64,000 bases of DNA from NCBI GenBank assembly GCA_964617905.1, contig CAZTZZ010000001.1:28080-92079 (forward strand), written 5' to 3'. Positions 1 through 8,301 of the stretch are shown in pieces. The notes below the pieces were generated by a model. It was given only the letters and a program-made list of their open reading frames with translations. It had not been told where the DNA came from and did not search any database. Position 1 is the first letter of the stretch. Each line of letters begins with the position of its first letter. The position numbers and the translations under genes are program-made. This stretch comes from an uncultured Ignavibacteriaceae bacterium. Lineage in GTDB: Bacteria; Bacteroidota; Ignavibacteria; Ignavibacteriales; Ignavibacteriaceae.

Positions 1-2
1 TA

Positions 3-749
3 AAAGATAAAAATGCATTTGTAATTTTTGAATGTAATCCAAAATTATATCATCTTTTTAAAGGACATAAGTATATTGATGAATTAATTCTGCAAACTGA
101 GTTAAAAGAACCTCAAATAAAATATGATTATCAAACAGCCTTATTGAGTCTGCCTAAATATTTTGATATAAAATTGGAAACTATTCCAAATGAAACACCA
201 TATTTATTTGTTAAACCGGACGATATAAAAAAATGGGAGGAAATAATTTCTTGTCATGGAGTGATGAAGATTGGGATTGCTTGGTCGGGTGCCTCGAATA
301 ATTTGTACGGTAAAAACCGTTCTTGTAAATTAGATGATTTGCTTCCTTTGTTTTCAATAAATGATGTGGAATATTTTTCGTTACAAAAAGATGATGAAGA
401 TAATGTTATTGATTATAAAGGTTTACCTGTTACTTCATTTAAGAATATTGATGAAACGCCCTTCATAGACACATCGGCAATTATAAAAAACCTTGACTTG
501 GTAATTTCAATCGATACGTCAATCGCTCATCTTGCAGGGGCTTTGGGGATAGAAACCTGGGTAATGCTGTCTTATCATTCTGACTGGCGCTGGTTTCTTA
601 ATCGAGGTGATTCCCCATGGTATCCAAATATGAAATTATTCAGACAGCAAATAAACAATAGTTGGGAAACCACAATTGAACAGATAAAAGAAAAATTGGA
701 ATATAAATTACTCTTAAAAAATTTTCCACATAACTTTAATTTAAACTGA
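3..749 (+). CDS. GT9-like (heptosyltransferase-fold) glycosyltransferase domain protein, 5'-truncated at the window edge
   Basis: The frame is open from base 3. KDKNAFVIFECNPKLYHLFKGHKYIDEL precedes the TTG at 144 used by the ORF track, so the gene starts upstream of the window. Motifs IGIAWSGAS, DLVISIDTSIAHLAGALGIETWVML and WYPNMKLFRQ fit the C-terminal half of GT9-type transferases. Confidence 0.6.
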   Translation, partial: KDKNAFVIFECNPKLYHLFKGHKYIDELILQTELKEPQIKYDYQTALLSLPKYFDIKLETIPNETPYLFVKPDDIKKWEEIISCHGVMKIGIAWSGASNNLYGKNRSCKLDDLLPLFSINDVEYFSLQKDDEDNVIDYKGLPVTSFKNIDETPFIDTSAIIKNLDLVISIDTSIAHLAGALGIETWVMLSYHSDWRWFLNRGDSPWYPNMKLFRQQINNSWETTIEQIKEKLEYKLLLKNFPHNFNLN

Positions 750-765
750 AACTGAAAGAGACTTT

Positions 766-2277
766 ATGATTACTCTGAGTATGATTGTTAAAAACGAAGA
801 AAAACACATTAAAGACTGTCTTGATAGTGTTGTGAACATTGTTGATGAAATAGTTGTTGTGGACACCGGTTCTACAGATAATACCATTAATATTGCAAAA
901 ACTTTCGGAGCAAAAATTTATAAGTTTGAATGGATTAATGATTTTTCCGCAGCAAGAAATTATGCATTGGAAAAATCAAATGGAGATTGGATTTTATATT
1001 TAGATGCAGATGAACGATTACTTTACAAATCAAAAAAAGAATTAAAAAAACTAACCGAACAAAAAAGCAATGCGGCATATTATTGCCGAATTAATAATAT
1101 AGATAAAATCAATAACAGACCTTCTGTTATGGCATATGTTAGATTATTTCCAAACGATAAGAATTTAAAATTTGAAGGCTCAATTCACGAACAAATAGAA
1201 AGCTCTTTAAAAAAGAACAATTACAAAATTAAAAATTCTGCTTTAGAGATTGATCATATTGGTTATAGTTTGACTAAAAATGATTTAAAGTTAAAAGCTC
1301 ACAGAAACCTGAAAATATTGTTGAAAGATTACAAGAAAAAGAAGAGCGCATATATTTCGTTTCATTTGGGTCAAACATATGGAATACTTGATGAAAAAGA
1401 AAAAGCACTGTTATATTTTGATGAAGCCTTAAAAGATCAGGATTTAAAAAAAGAGTATAAAGCACTTTCTTACAGATATATAGGAATTAGTCTTGCAGAA
1501 AAACAGAACTTTTACAAAGCAGAAAATTATATAAAAAATAGTATTAAATGTGATCCGGATCAACCGTTAAATTTATTGGCAGCTTCGGAAATTTATTTTG
1601 CAACCGGAAAATATAAAGATGCCGGTACATTTTGTTATAAGGCATATAAAGTTAACAAAGAATTCTCTGATGGTAAAAAATTCTCTTTTCAAAGCATACT
1701 GTTAGATAATGAAAGTATAATTTATCAGGGATTAAAAATTGCTGTGTTGTCCGGGGATTCAGAGTTATTTAATCTTTTTTTTCCATTGCTTAAGGAAATT
1801 AAAAAATTAAAGAATGACGATTCTTTAAATGAATTACAATTCTATAATGATTTATTGAACAATAAAAAATTTAAAGCAATTAATATTGAACAATATTTAA
1901 ACTTTATTGATGACAAAAACCTGGAACTTGTAATCACACTACTTGAAAAGTATAACAATTATGATAATAAAGTATTATTACTAAATGCTTTGTGTAATAA
2001 ATTTCCTTCAAATTCAAATTTATTTAATAAGCTGGGCATTACGCTATTACAGTTAAAGGCTTTTGCAGATGCTGAAAAAATGTTGGAAAAAGCAAACAAC
2101 TTAAATGAAAGTAATCCTTCAACAATTTTTTATTTAGTTTCTGCATATTTACAGAACAATAATTATACAAAGGTAAATACATTAATTCAATCTGCAGAAA
2201 GTAAATATGCTTCTTCTCCTGAATTATTAAACCGTCTGAAAACTCTTAAAGAAAAACTAAAACCCCAAAACAAATAA
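766..2277 (+). CDS. GT2-family glycosyltransferase with C-terminal TPR repeats
   Basis: The N-terminus (ITLSMIVKNEE..CLDSV..VVVDTGSTDNT..ARN..WILYLDADE) is a GT2 signature with DAD as the DxD motif. The C-terminal ~300 aa are helical TPR-like repeats (YFDEALKDQ, YKAENYIKNSIK, FADAEKMLEKANNLN). Confidence 0.7.
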   Translation: MITLSMIVKNEEKHIKDCLDSVVNIVDEIVVVDTGSTDNTINIAKTFGAKIYKFEWINDFSAARNYALEKSNGDWILYLDADERLLYKSKKELKKLTEQKSNAAYYCRINNIDKINNRPSVMAYVRLFPNDKNLKFEGSIHEQIESSLKKNNYKIKNSALEIDHIGYSLTKNDLKLKAHRNLKILLKDYKKKKSAYISFHLGQTYGILDEKEKALLYFDEALKDQDLKKEYKALSYRYIGISLAEKQNFYKAENYIKNSIKCDPDQPLNLLAASEIYFATGKYKDAGTFCYKAYKVNKEFSDGKKFSFQSILLDNESIIYQGLKIAVLSGDSELFNLFFPLLKEIKKLKNDDSLNELQFYNDLLNNKKFKAINIEQYLNFIDDKNLELVITLLEKYNNYDNKVLLLNALCNKFPSNSNLFNKLGITLLQLKAFADAEKMLEKANNLNESNPSTIFYLVSAYLQNNNYTKVNTLIQSAESKYASSPELLNRLKTLKEKLKPQNK

Positions 2278-2292
2278 TTTTTTAATCAAGCC

Positions 2293-2319
2293 TAAACTTC
2301 TTATTTGTCCTTCCGATAA
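2293..2319 (+). promoter_or_regulatory. sigma-28 (FliA) promoter of the flagellin gene
   Basis: TAAA (2293-2296), a 15-nt spacer, then TCCGATAA (2312-2319). It lies about 80 nt upstream of the flagellin ATG in a 123-nt intergenic gap. Known consensus is TAAA-N15-GCCGATAA. Confidence 0.8.
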
Positions 2320-2356
2320 TATACTTGAGAGTTAAATCTCAATAACTAATTACAAA

Positions 2357-2374
2357 CTGCATAAGGATATGCAG
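2357..2374 (+). promoter_or_regulatory. Putative CsrA binding site 1: hairpin presenting GGA in its loop (flagellin 5' leader)
   Basis: CTGCATA-AGGA-TATGCAG forms a perfect 7-bp stem with an AGGA tetraloop. It lies between the sigma-28 promoter and the Shine-Dalgarno. Confidence 0.55.
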
Positions 2375-2386
2375 TATTAATAACCA

Positions 2387-2397
2387 ACAAGGAGGTT
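2387..2397 (+). promoter_or_regulatory. Flagellin Shine-Dalgarno / putative CsrA binding site 2
   Basis: The sequence is ACAAGGAGGTT. Its GGA (2391-2393) lies inside the SD, 26 nt downstream of the loop GGA and just 5' of the ATG at 2401. Confidence 0.45.
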
Positions 2398-2400
2398 CTT

Positions 2401-3225
2401 ATGGCTTTTCAAATAAATTCAAATATGGGCGCAACTGCTGCTTATAATGCACTTAGGCAAACAAGTGCCCAGACACAAAAGGCTCAGCTACAATTGGCTT
2501 CACAAAAAAGAGTCAATAGTGTAGGTGACGATACATCCGGTTACAGGGTAGGTAAAGAACTTACTGCTAAAGTTTCTTTATTTAAAGCGGCAATGACAAA
2601 CATTTCTTCGGCAAAAAATCTTCTCTCTACAGCTGAATCAGCTTTGTCAAGTATCAATGATCTTTTAATTCAGATCAAAGGTAAAATATCAGATTCATTT
2701 GATACAACCAAAAACCAAACATCACTGGCTAATGATATTAAGGCTCTCGGTGATGAAATAAGTGCAATTTTTACAAACACAAAATTCAATGATACTGCTT
2801 TATTGAGTGCTGCTTCGGGTTACTCAGCAGCTTTCACTTTCAAAACAGGTGAAACTGAGAACACAACAGTAAACTTTGGTACAATGAACACTCTAAGCCT
2901 TGCCTCAATATCTACTGGTGGTACAGGTGCTGTTGACGGAACTAGTACTCACGCAATTAGCAGCCTGAGTGTTGATTCTCTACAAACTGCAGTACAGGAT
3001 GCTTTAGGCAAAGTTGGTAACTTTAGCCAGAGAATGGATGTAAAAAGTGAATTCGTTTCTACTGCAATGGCTAATGCTAAATCTACGGTTGACGGTATAT
3101 TCGGCGCTGACATCGCTCAACAACAGTTAAACGCTACAAAAGGAAATATTGCGTCACAAATATCCACAACAATGCTTGCCCAGTTGAACTCAGCTCCGCA
3201 ATCATTACTTGGATTATTCAGATAA
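2401..3225 (+). CDS. fliC: Flagellin (short, 274 aa)
   Basis: N-terminus MAFQINSNMGATAAYNAL..LASQKRVNSVGDDTSGY. C-terminus QQQLNATKGNIASQISTTMLAQLNSAPQSLLGLFR. These are the conserved flagellin D0/D1 termini. A strong AGGAGG SD precedes it. Confidence 0.93.
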   Translation: MAFQINSNMGATAAYNALRQTSAQTQKAQLQLASQKRVNSVGDDTSGYRVGKELTAKVSLFKAAMTNISSAKNLLSTAESALSSINDLLIQIKGKISDSFDTTKNQTSLANDIKALGDEISAIFTNTKFNDTALLSAASGYSAAFTFKTGETENTTVNFGTMNTLSLASISTGGTGAVDGTSTHAISSLSVDSLQTAVQDALGKVGNFSQRMDVKSEFVSTAMANAKSTVDGIFGADIAQQQLNATKGNIASQISTTMLAQLNSAPQSLLGLFR

Positions 3226-3241
3226 TATATTATCTATACTG

Positions 3242-3276
3242 AATTCCCCCGGTATTTTCCGGGGGGATTATTAATT
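3242..3276 (+). terminator. Rho-independent terminator after flagellin
   Basis: CCCCCGG-TATTTT-CCGGGGG is a GC-rich 7-bp stem extended by flanking AATT/(G)ATT pairs. An A/T-rich tail follows. Confidence 0.7.
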
Positions 3277-3303
3277 GTAAAAACCGACAATAGGAATTGA
3301 TAT

Positions 3304-3636
3304 ATGCTTAATAAAAATTTGGCACAAAATAAAAACAAATTAAACCCGTATCTTATAAAAGAAATAATTGAAGCAACACCTCAACAACTTTTGATTAAAA
3401 TATACGATTTTGCTATTGTTAACTGCCAAAGACAAAATCTTGAAAAAACTAATGCCGCTTTACAACAATTAATCAATGCATTAAGTTTTGAAACAGAAGA
3501 GGTTAAAGATATTTCAATTGGTTTTTTAAAATTGTATTTATATTGCCAGAACCAAATGCGAAAAAAGAACTACGATGAAGTAATTAAAATTCTTACAGAA
3601 TTGCGCGATGAATGGATGAAAGCTTTTAATATGTAA
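3304..3636 (+). CDS. fliS: Flagellin-specific chaperone FliS
   Basis: 110 aa. LLIKIYDFAIVNC..LEKTNAALQQLINALSFE..ISIGFLKLYLYCQNQM..EVIKILTELRDEW fits the FliS four-helix pattern. It sits between the flagellin gene and fliD. Confidence 0.8.
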   Translation: MLNKNLAQNKNKLNPYLIKEIIEATPQQLLIKIYDFAIVNCQRQNLEKTNAALQQLINALSFETEEVKDISIGFLKLYLYCQNQMRKKNYDEVIKILTELRDEWMKAFNM

Positions 3637-3647
3637 ATGGTGATAAA

Positions 3648-5453
3648 ATGGATGCTTCTGCTATCGGATCTTCAAATATTGGTCAGCAAATCGACTCACT
3701 TGTTCAGCAGTTTACAACTGCTGAATCCGCAAAATTAGTCGATCCTCTAAAAACAAAGCAAAAAAAATATCAGAATTTGTCAGATGGTTATGATACACTT
3801 TCTACCAAACTTACCGCTCTTAAATCATCGCTTTATGTTTTAAAACAAACCGGTACCGAATCCATCTTTGCCTCAAAAGCGACGTCTTCATCAAACAATG
3901 ATTTTGTGGAAGCTACTGCTACCACTTCAGCTTCAGCAAGTGGATACGATATAAGAGTAGATCAACTTGCCAAAAGTGATGTTGCTATTTCTCCGGATAT
4001 GACATCTGCTTCAATAAATGCAACAGCCACAACAGGAACACATGATTTTGTTATTGCAAGCGGCGACGGGAAGGGTAGTCAATTTACAAGCAATGTATCT
4101 GTTACATTTGATGCAAGTGAAACAAATAAAACTGCTATGGAAAAGGTAAGAGACGCAATAATTCAGAACCGTGCAGTAGTAACATCAAGTGTAAAAACCG
4201 CTGCAGCTGCTTACTCTGGAGGTTCCAGCACTTTTACAATCGATCTGAACGGAACTAGCACTGATATATCTGTAGTAGGTGGAAGTACATACAGTGATTT
4301 AATGGATGAAATTACTAATGCAGTTGGACAATCCGTACCCGGAATAAATGCAGTTAAGGTTCTTGATCAGCCTACTTCCGGAGATGCTAAATTGACTTTT
4401 ACCGTTACTGATACTTCAAACTATTTATCAATAACTGCAAAAAGCGGTTTTGACGTAGTTTCGGATCTTGGAATTGGTACAACTAATTTAAAATCTGCTG
4501 CAGGTATTGTTACAGCATCTGTGTTTTCACCCACTAGCACAACAAGCCAGTTATCTTTAACTGCGACCAAGACAGGACTAGATTACAAAATAGAAAATGT
4601 TTCCGATACGGGTCCCTCAACAGCTTTAAGTGCTGTTGGATTGAATCTTGGCGCCACCAGACCGGTTTTTGATCAAGGGACAGATCCGGATACCGCAGGT
4701 TTTATTTATGCCGATACAACAACAGCCAATAACCAGTTAAATTCAAAGTTTAAATTTAATGGGTTGGACATACAGAGGAACTCTAATAGTGTAAATGATT
4801 TAGCAACCGGGGTTACGTTTCAGCTAAAATCAGTAATGCAGGTTACTGATAACAGTGCTAATATTGTTGTTTCAAATGATGTTAAAACAATTGAAGATAA
4901 TCTTAAAAAATTCATTTCTGATTTTAATGATGTTTATACAAATATTAAAAACAATAGTATTTCAAGTGAAACCGAAAGAGGGATTTTTGTAGGTGATTCC
5001 AATGCCTCGACTATGTTAAGTTTGTTATCTTCAGTCTCTTATTCAAAAGTACAAGGGATTGCTTCCGGTAATTTAAGTTACTTAACTCAAATTGGTATTT
5101 CTTTTGATCCAATTAATGGACTGAGTATTGCTGATGATTCTAAGCTTCAACAAAAAATAAAAGATAGCGCAGACCAGGTAGCAGCAATTTTTAATTCAGC
5201 AAATGGAGTTGCCACATCTTTATATTCTGATACTTCGAATTATCTTGGTGCCGGTGGATCACTGTCACTTTCAAAAAGTAATCTTGGTGTAAATATAAAA
5301 ACAATTAGTGATAGAATAACTTCTACAAATAACAGGATTGATAAAGAGGCTGAAGCCTTAAGGCAGCAATACGTTAACCTTCAGATTCAGTTATCAACTT
5401 TAACAAACACACAAAGGTTTTTTAGCATAGGCGGTAATCCGTCATTCTTTTAA
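3648..5453 (+). CDS. fliD: Filament cap protein FliD
   Basis: N-terminal IDSLVQQFTTAESAKLVDPLKTKQKKYQNLSDGYDTLSTKLTALKSSL and C-terminal NRIDKEAEALRQQYVNLQIQLSTLTNTQ coiled-coil segments are typical of FliD. The central region is Ser/Thr-rich. Confidence 0.88.
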   Translation: MDASAIGSSNIGQQIDSLVQQFTTAESAKLVDPLKTKQKKYQNLSDGYDTLSTKLTALKSSLYVLKQTGTESIFASKATSSSNNDFVEATATTSASASGYDIRVDQLAKSDVAISPDMTSASINATATTGTHDFVIASGDGKGSQFTSNVSVTFDASETNKTAMEKVRDAIIQNRAVVTSSVKTAAAAYSGGSSTFTIDLNGTSTDISVVGGSTYSDLMDEITNAVGQSVPGINAVKVLDQPTSGDAKLTFTVTDTSNYLSITAKSGFDVVSDLGIGTTNLKSAAGIVTASVFSPTSTTSQLSLTATKTGLDYKIENVSDTGPSTALSAVGLNLGATRPVFDQGTDPDTAGFIYADTTTANNQLNSKFKFNGLDIQRNSNSVNDLATGVTFQLKSVMQVTDNSANIVVSNDVKTIEDNLKKFISDFNDVYTNIKNNSISSETERGIFVGDSNASTMLSLLSSVSYSKVQGIASGNLSYLTQIGISFDPINGLSIADDSKLQQKIKDSADQVAAIFNSANGVATSLYSDTSNYLGAGGSLSLSKSNLGVNIKTISDRITSTNNRIDKEAEALRQQYVNLQIQLSTLTNTQRFFSIGGNPSFF

Positions 5454-5458
5454 AAATA

Positions 5459-5791
5459 ATGAATAGCCTTAAAAACAAAACAGAAAACCTAAAAGATGTT
5501 CTAAAAAAAATTTTAATATTTTTAGATAAGTTAAATGAAGAAAACTTCCTGTTCAATTTGAATAAAGCAAATGAATTGATTCAAAATTCTCATATTTTAA
5601 AAAAAGAGATTAAAGAAAAATATAGAGAAGAAGAAATAAAATTATTTGAAAAAGAATTATTTACTTTGGCTAAACAAATCTCCAGTAAATTCGATAATAT
5701 AATTACAAATAAAAGGACCAAATTGAAAATAGTATCAAAAAAACTTATATTGGTTCAAAATCAGAAGAAATTACTAAATTATAGCAGGTAA
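5459..5791 (+). CDS. Hypothetical helical protein (FliT-like by position only)
   Basis: 110-aa Lys/Glu-rich helical ORF immediately after fliD, where Bacillus-type loci place fliT. I recognise no sequence motif. Confidence 0.3.
   Translation: MNSLKNKTENLKDVLKKILIFLDKLNEENFLFNLNKANELIQNSHILKKEIKEKYREEEIKLFEKELFTLAKQISSKFDNIITNKRTKLKIVSKKLILVQNQKKLLNYSR
5671..5697 (+). promoter_or_regulatory. Candidate internal sigma-28 promoter upstream of flgM
   Basis: TAAA (5671-5674), N15, TTCGATAA (5690-5697). It lies inside the preceding ORF, about 100 nt upstream of the flgM ATG. Confidence 0.45.
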
Positions 5792-5795
5792 ATAT

Positions 5796-6059
5796 ATGCA
5801 CATTAAACCGGTGTCTAATAAAGTTTATTTAGGAAACGATGTTCCAGAAAATGTTAAAGGCAAAAAGGAAATAAAAGAAAATAAAGTTCATGACAAGCTT
5901 GAATTGTCTGAAGAAGCAAAAAACATTCAAAAGAAACAAGTACCTGATAAAAATCTTGAAAAGATTAAAGCCAGAATTGATAGCAAATATTATGATTCTG
6001 AAGAGATAATTAATAAAGTTGCTGAGAAAATGTTAAAGGATATTAACTCCGAGGGATAA
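5796..6059 (+). CDS. flgM: Anti-sigma-28 factor FlgM
   Basis: 87 aa. DKLELSEEAKNIQ...NLEKIKARIDSKYYDSEEIINKVAEKML matches the FlgM C-terminal sigma-28-binding region (D.V.LS..A ... KV..IK.AI..G.Y.VD...IA..L). Confidence 0.75.
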   Translation: MHIKPVSNKVYLGNDVPENVKGKKEIKENKVHDKLELSEEAKNIQKKQVPDKNLEKIKARIDSKYYDSEEIINKVAEKMLKDINSEG

Positions 6060-6174
6060 AAACTTTCTAATTTTCTGATATATTCAAAATTTGATTTGCA
6101 ACTTTCATTACAACTATTCATGTTAATTATTATATTGCACTTCATTTTTTTAGGATATTACTAAATAGTTTTGA

Positions 6175-6906
6175 ATGTTGGAAATCGAAAAAAAAATTCA
6201 GGAAAATAAACTTCAATTATTAGGAAAACTGACTGCAAGTTTAATACACGAAATCCGAAATCCCCTGTCTGCTATTAAATTAACTTTTGATTTTCTAAAG
6301 TTAATTGAAACCTCGCTTCCTGAAGAAGCCATTGAATCTGTAGAACTTAGTAAAGAAGCACTTAACCGCATTCAATATCTTATTGATAACGTTCTGACAT
6401 TTTCACGAAAAAATGCAAAATATCAGGATAATTGTTCTTTAAATGAAATATCAAGAACCGCTGTTAATTTAATTAAATCGAGCGCAAAGAAAAAAAATAT
6501 AAAAATTGAGCTGGAATTAGATAACACTTTGCCAAATGGATGTTTTGATAAAAACAAAATCCTTCAAGTTTTTATTAATTTAATTACGAATGCTTTAGAA
6601 TCCTGCAGTCAAGGAGGAAAAGTTAAAATTAAAACCAGAGGGGATGACCCTGATTACATAATATGGGAAGTTATTGACAACGGTGAAGGTATTAACGAAG
6701 AAATTAAAGAAAAAATATTTCAGGATTTTTACACAAGTAAAGAAAATGGTACAGGTTTAGGTTTAAGTGTCTGCAAAATGCTATTACAGCCATATCAGGC
6801 AAAACTTGATTTTATAAGTACTGAGGGTGTAGGAACAAAATTTTTAATAATGTTTAATCCAAACTTAATGCAGATTAATGATGAAGTTCAAAGTATTAAT
6901 AGTTGA
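6175..6906 (+). CDS. Minimal cytoplasmic sensor histidine kinase (DHp + CA only), FlrB/FleS/FlgS-like by context
   Basis: H-box LTASLIHEIRNPLSAI with the His at about residue 25. N-box INLITNALES, G1 VIDNGEGI, G2 GTGLGLSV. No TM or input domain. It overlaps the downstream sigma-54 activator gene. Confidence 0.85.
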   Translation: MLEIEKKIQENKLQLLGKLTASLIHEIRNPLSAIKLTFDFLKLIETSLPEEAIESVELSKEALNRIQYLIDNVLTFSRKNAKYQDNCSLNEISRTAVNLIKSSAKKKNIKIELELDNTLPNGCFDKNKILQVFINLITNALESCSQGGKVKIKTRGDDPDYIIWEVIDNGEGINEEIKEKIFQDFYTSKENGTGLGLSVCKMLLQPYQAKLDFISTEGVGTKFLIMFNPNLMQINDEVQSINS

Positions 6907-8275
6907 TGATGATGATCTCGTATGTATTTCATTACGAAAATTATTAGTTAAACTTGGCTATGAAGTTGAAATATGTTTAAATGCAGGTGAAATATTTAAA
7001 ATAACTCAAGATTTTGAACCCGACATTATTCTCCTCGACATATATCTTACCACTCACAACGGACTTCATCTTTTAAAAGAGTTAAGGAAAAAGTTTTATA
7101 ATATACCTGTTATAATGATTACGGGTTATGCCGATGTGAAGATTGCTGTTTCTGCAATTAAATCCGGTGCTTTTGATTTCCTTTTAAAACCGATTGATAT
7201 CGAACAACTTCAAATTGTAATAAACAAAGCCCTCGATAATTTAACTTTAAAAGCTGAGGTAAATAAGCTGCACGAAATTATGAAGGGTGATGTTCTTACT
7301 AAAGATGTATTTGGGAAAAGTTTAAAAACACAAAAGCTTTTGAATTATGTAGAAAAACTTGCTGCAAGTTCCGATACCACTATTCTGTTACAAGGTGAAA
7401 GTGGAACCGGGAAGGAAGTTTTTGCAAAATACATTTATCAGAACAGTCCAAGAAAAAATGATACCTTTATCCAAATTAATTGTTCGGCAATTCCAAAGGA
7501 ACTTGCTGAAAGTGAATTATTCGGGCATGAAAAAGGGGCTTTTACTGGGGCTTCACAGAAAACCAAACTTGGTAAATTTGAATTAGCTAATGGCGGAACT
7601 ATTTTGTTGGATGAAATAGGTGAACTTTCTCTTGATCTGCAGGTTAAATTACTCAGGGTTTTACAAGAAAAAAGGTTCTACAGATTAGGGGGAGAAAAAG
7701 AAATTTCGGTTGATGTTAGAATTTTAGCAGCAACAAACAGAAATTTAGAGGAAGAAGTTAAAAAAGGAAATTTTAGAGAGGATTTATACTACAGGTTAAA
7801 TGTTGCAAGAATTCAAGTTCCACCTTTACGTGAAAGAAAAGAAGACATTCCTGTTTTAGCTTTTTCATTTCTATCCGAATTTGCTAAAAAGCTAAACAAA
7901 AATGTAAAAAACATTGATCAAGATGCAATAAAAAAGCTTAAAGAATATCCTTGGAAGGGTAATATCCGTGAATTAAAAAATATTATGGAAAGAGCTGCTC
8001 TGTTGCTCGATGAAGAAGAACTGAAGGAACACCATCTTTGTTATTTATTGGATGTAGGAGGTGAAGAAAATAAGGACGATTCGACAAATTTTGAACTAAA
8101 AATTCCCCCTAAAGGCGTAAAAGTTGATTTAGTACTTCGTACATTAATACAACAAACATTGAAGATAACAAAAGGAAATCAAGTAAGGGCTGCTAAAGTT
8201 TTAGGACTATCCAGATCAAAGCTCAGATATAGGATGGAACAACTTAATATTGAAGTAACAAAAAATGTTAATTAA
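6878..8275 (+). CDS. Sigma-54-dependent response regulator (REC + AAA+ + Fis-type HTH), FlrC/FleR/FlgR-like by context
   Basis: REC (VLIVDDDD..ILLDIYL..LLKP), Walker A GESGTGKE, GAFTGA motif in ELFGHEKGAFTGA, EDLYYRLNV, and C-terminal HTH NQVRAAKVLGLSRSKLRYRM. Confidence 0.9.
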   Translation: MMKFKVLIVDDDDLVCISLRKLLVKLGYEVEICLNAGEIFKITQDFEPDIILLDIYLTTHNGLHLLKELRKKFYNIPVIMITGYADVKIAVSAIKSGAFDFLLKPIDIEQLQIVINKALDNLTLKAEVNKLHEIMKGDVLTKDVFGKSLKTQKLLNYVEKLAASSDTTILLQGESGTGKEVFAKYIYQNSPRKNDTFIQINCSAIPKELAESELFGHEKGAFTGASQKTKLGKFELANGGTILLDEIGELSLDLQVKLLRVLQEKRFYRLGGEKEISVDVRILAATNRNLEEEVKKGNFREDLYYRLNVARIQVPPLRERKEDIPVLAFSFLSEFAKKLNKNVKNIDQDAIKKLKEYPWKGNIRELKNIMERAALLLDEEELKEHHLCYLLDVGGEENKDDSTNFELKIPPKGVKVDLVLRTLIQQTLKITKGNQVRAAKVLGLSRSKLRYRMEQLNIEVTKNVN

Positions 8276-8301
8276 CACATCTTTTTTTTTCTTTATAAAT
8301 T

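Noticed and set aside
3265-3278. GGATTATTAATTGT upstream of fliS, with GG-N10-GT spacing.
   Set aside because: Only the GG and TTG match. It overlaps the 3' arm of the flagellin terminator, and the AT-rich context makes TTG uninformative.
7359-7586. Off-frame plus-strand ORFs nested in real genes: 7359-7586, 26479-26685, 36726-36929 and 49986-50201.
   Set aside because: They overlap the sigma-54 activator gene, fliI, fliP/fliQ and flgH in alternative frames. They have no recognisable motifs, and the host frames carry the conserved signatures.
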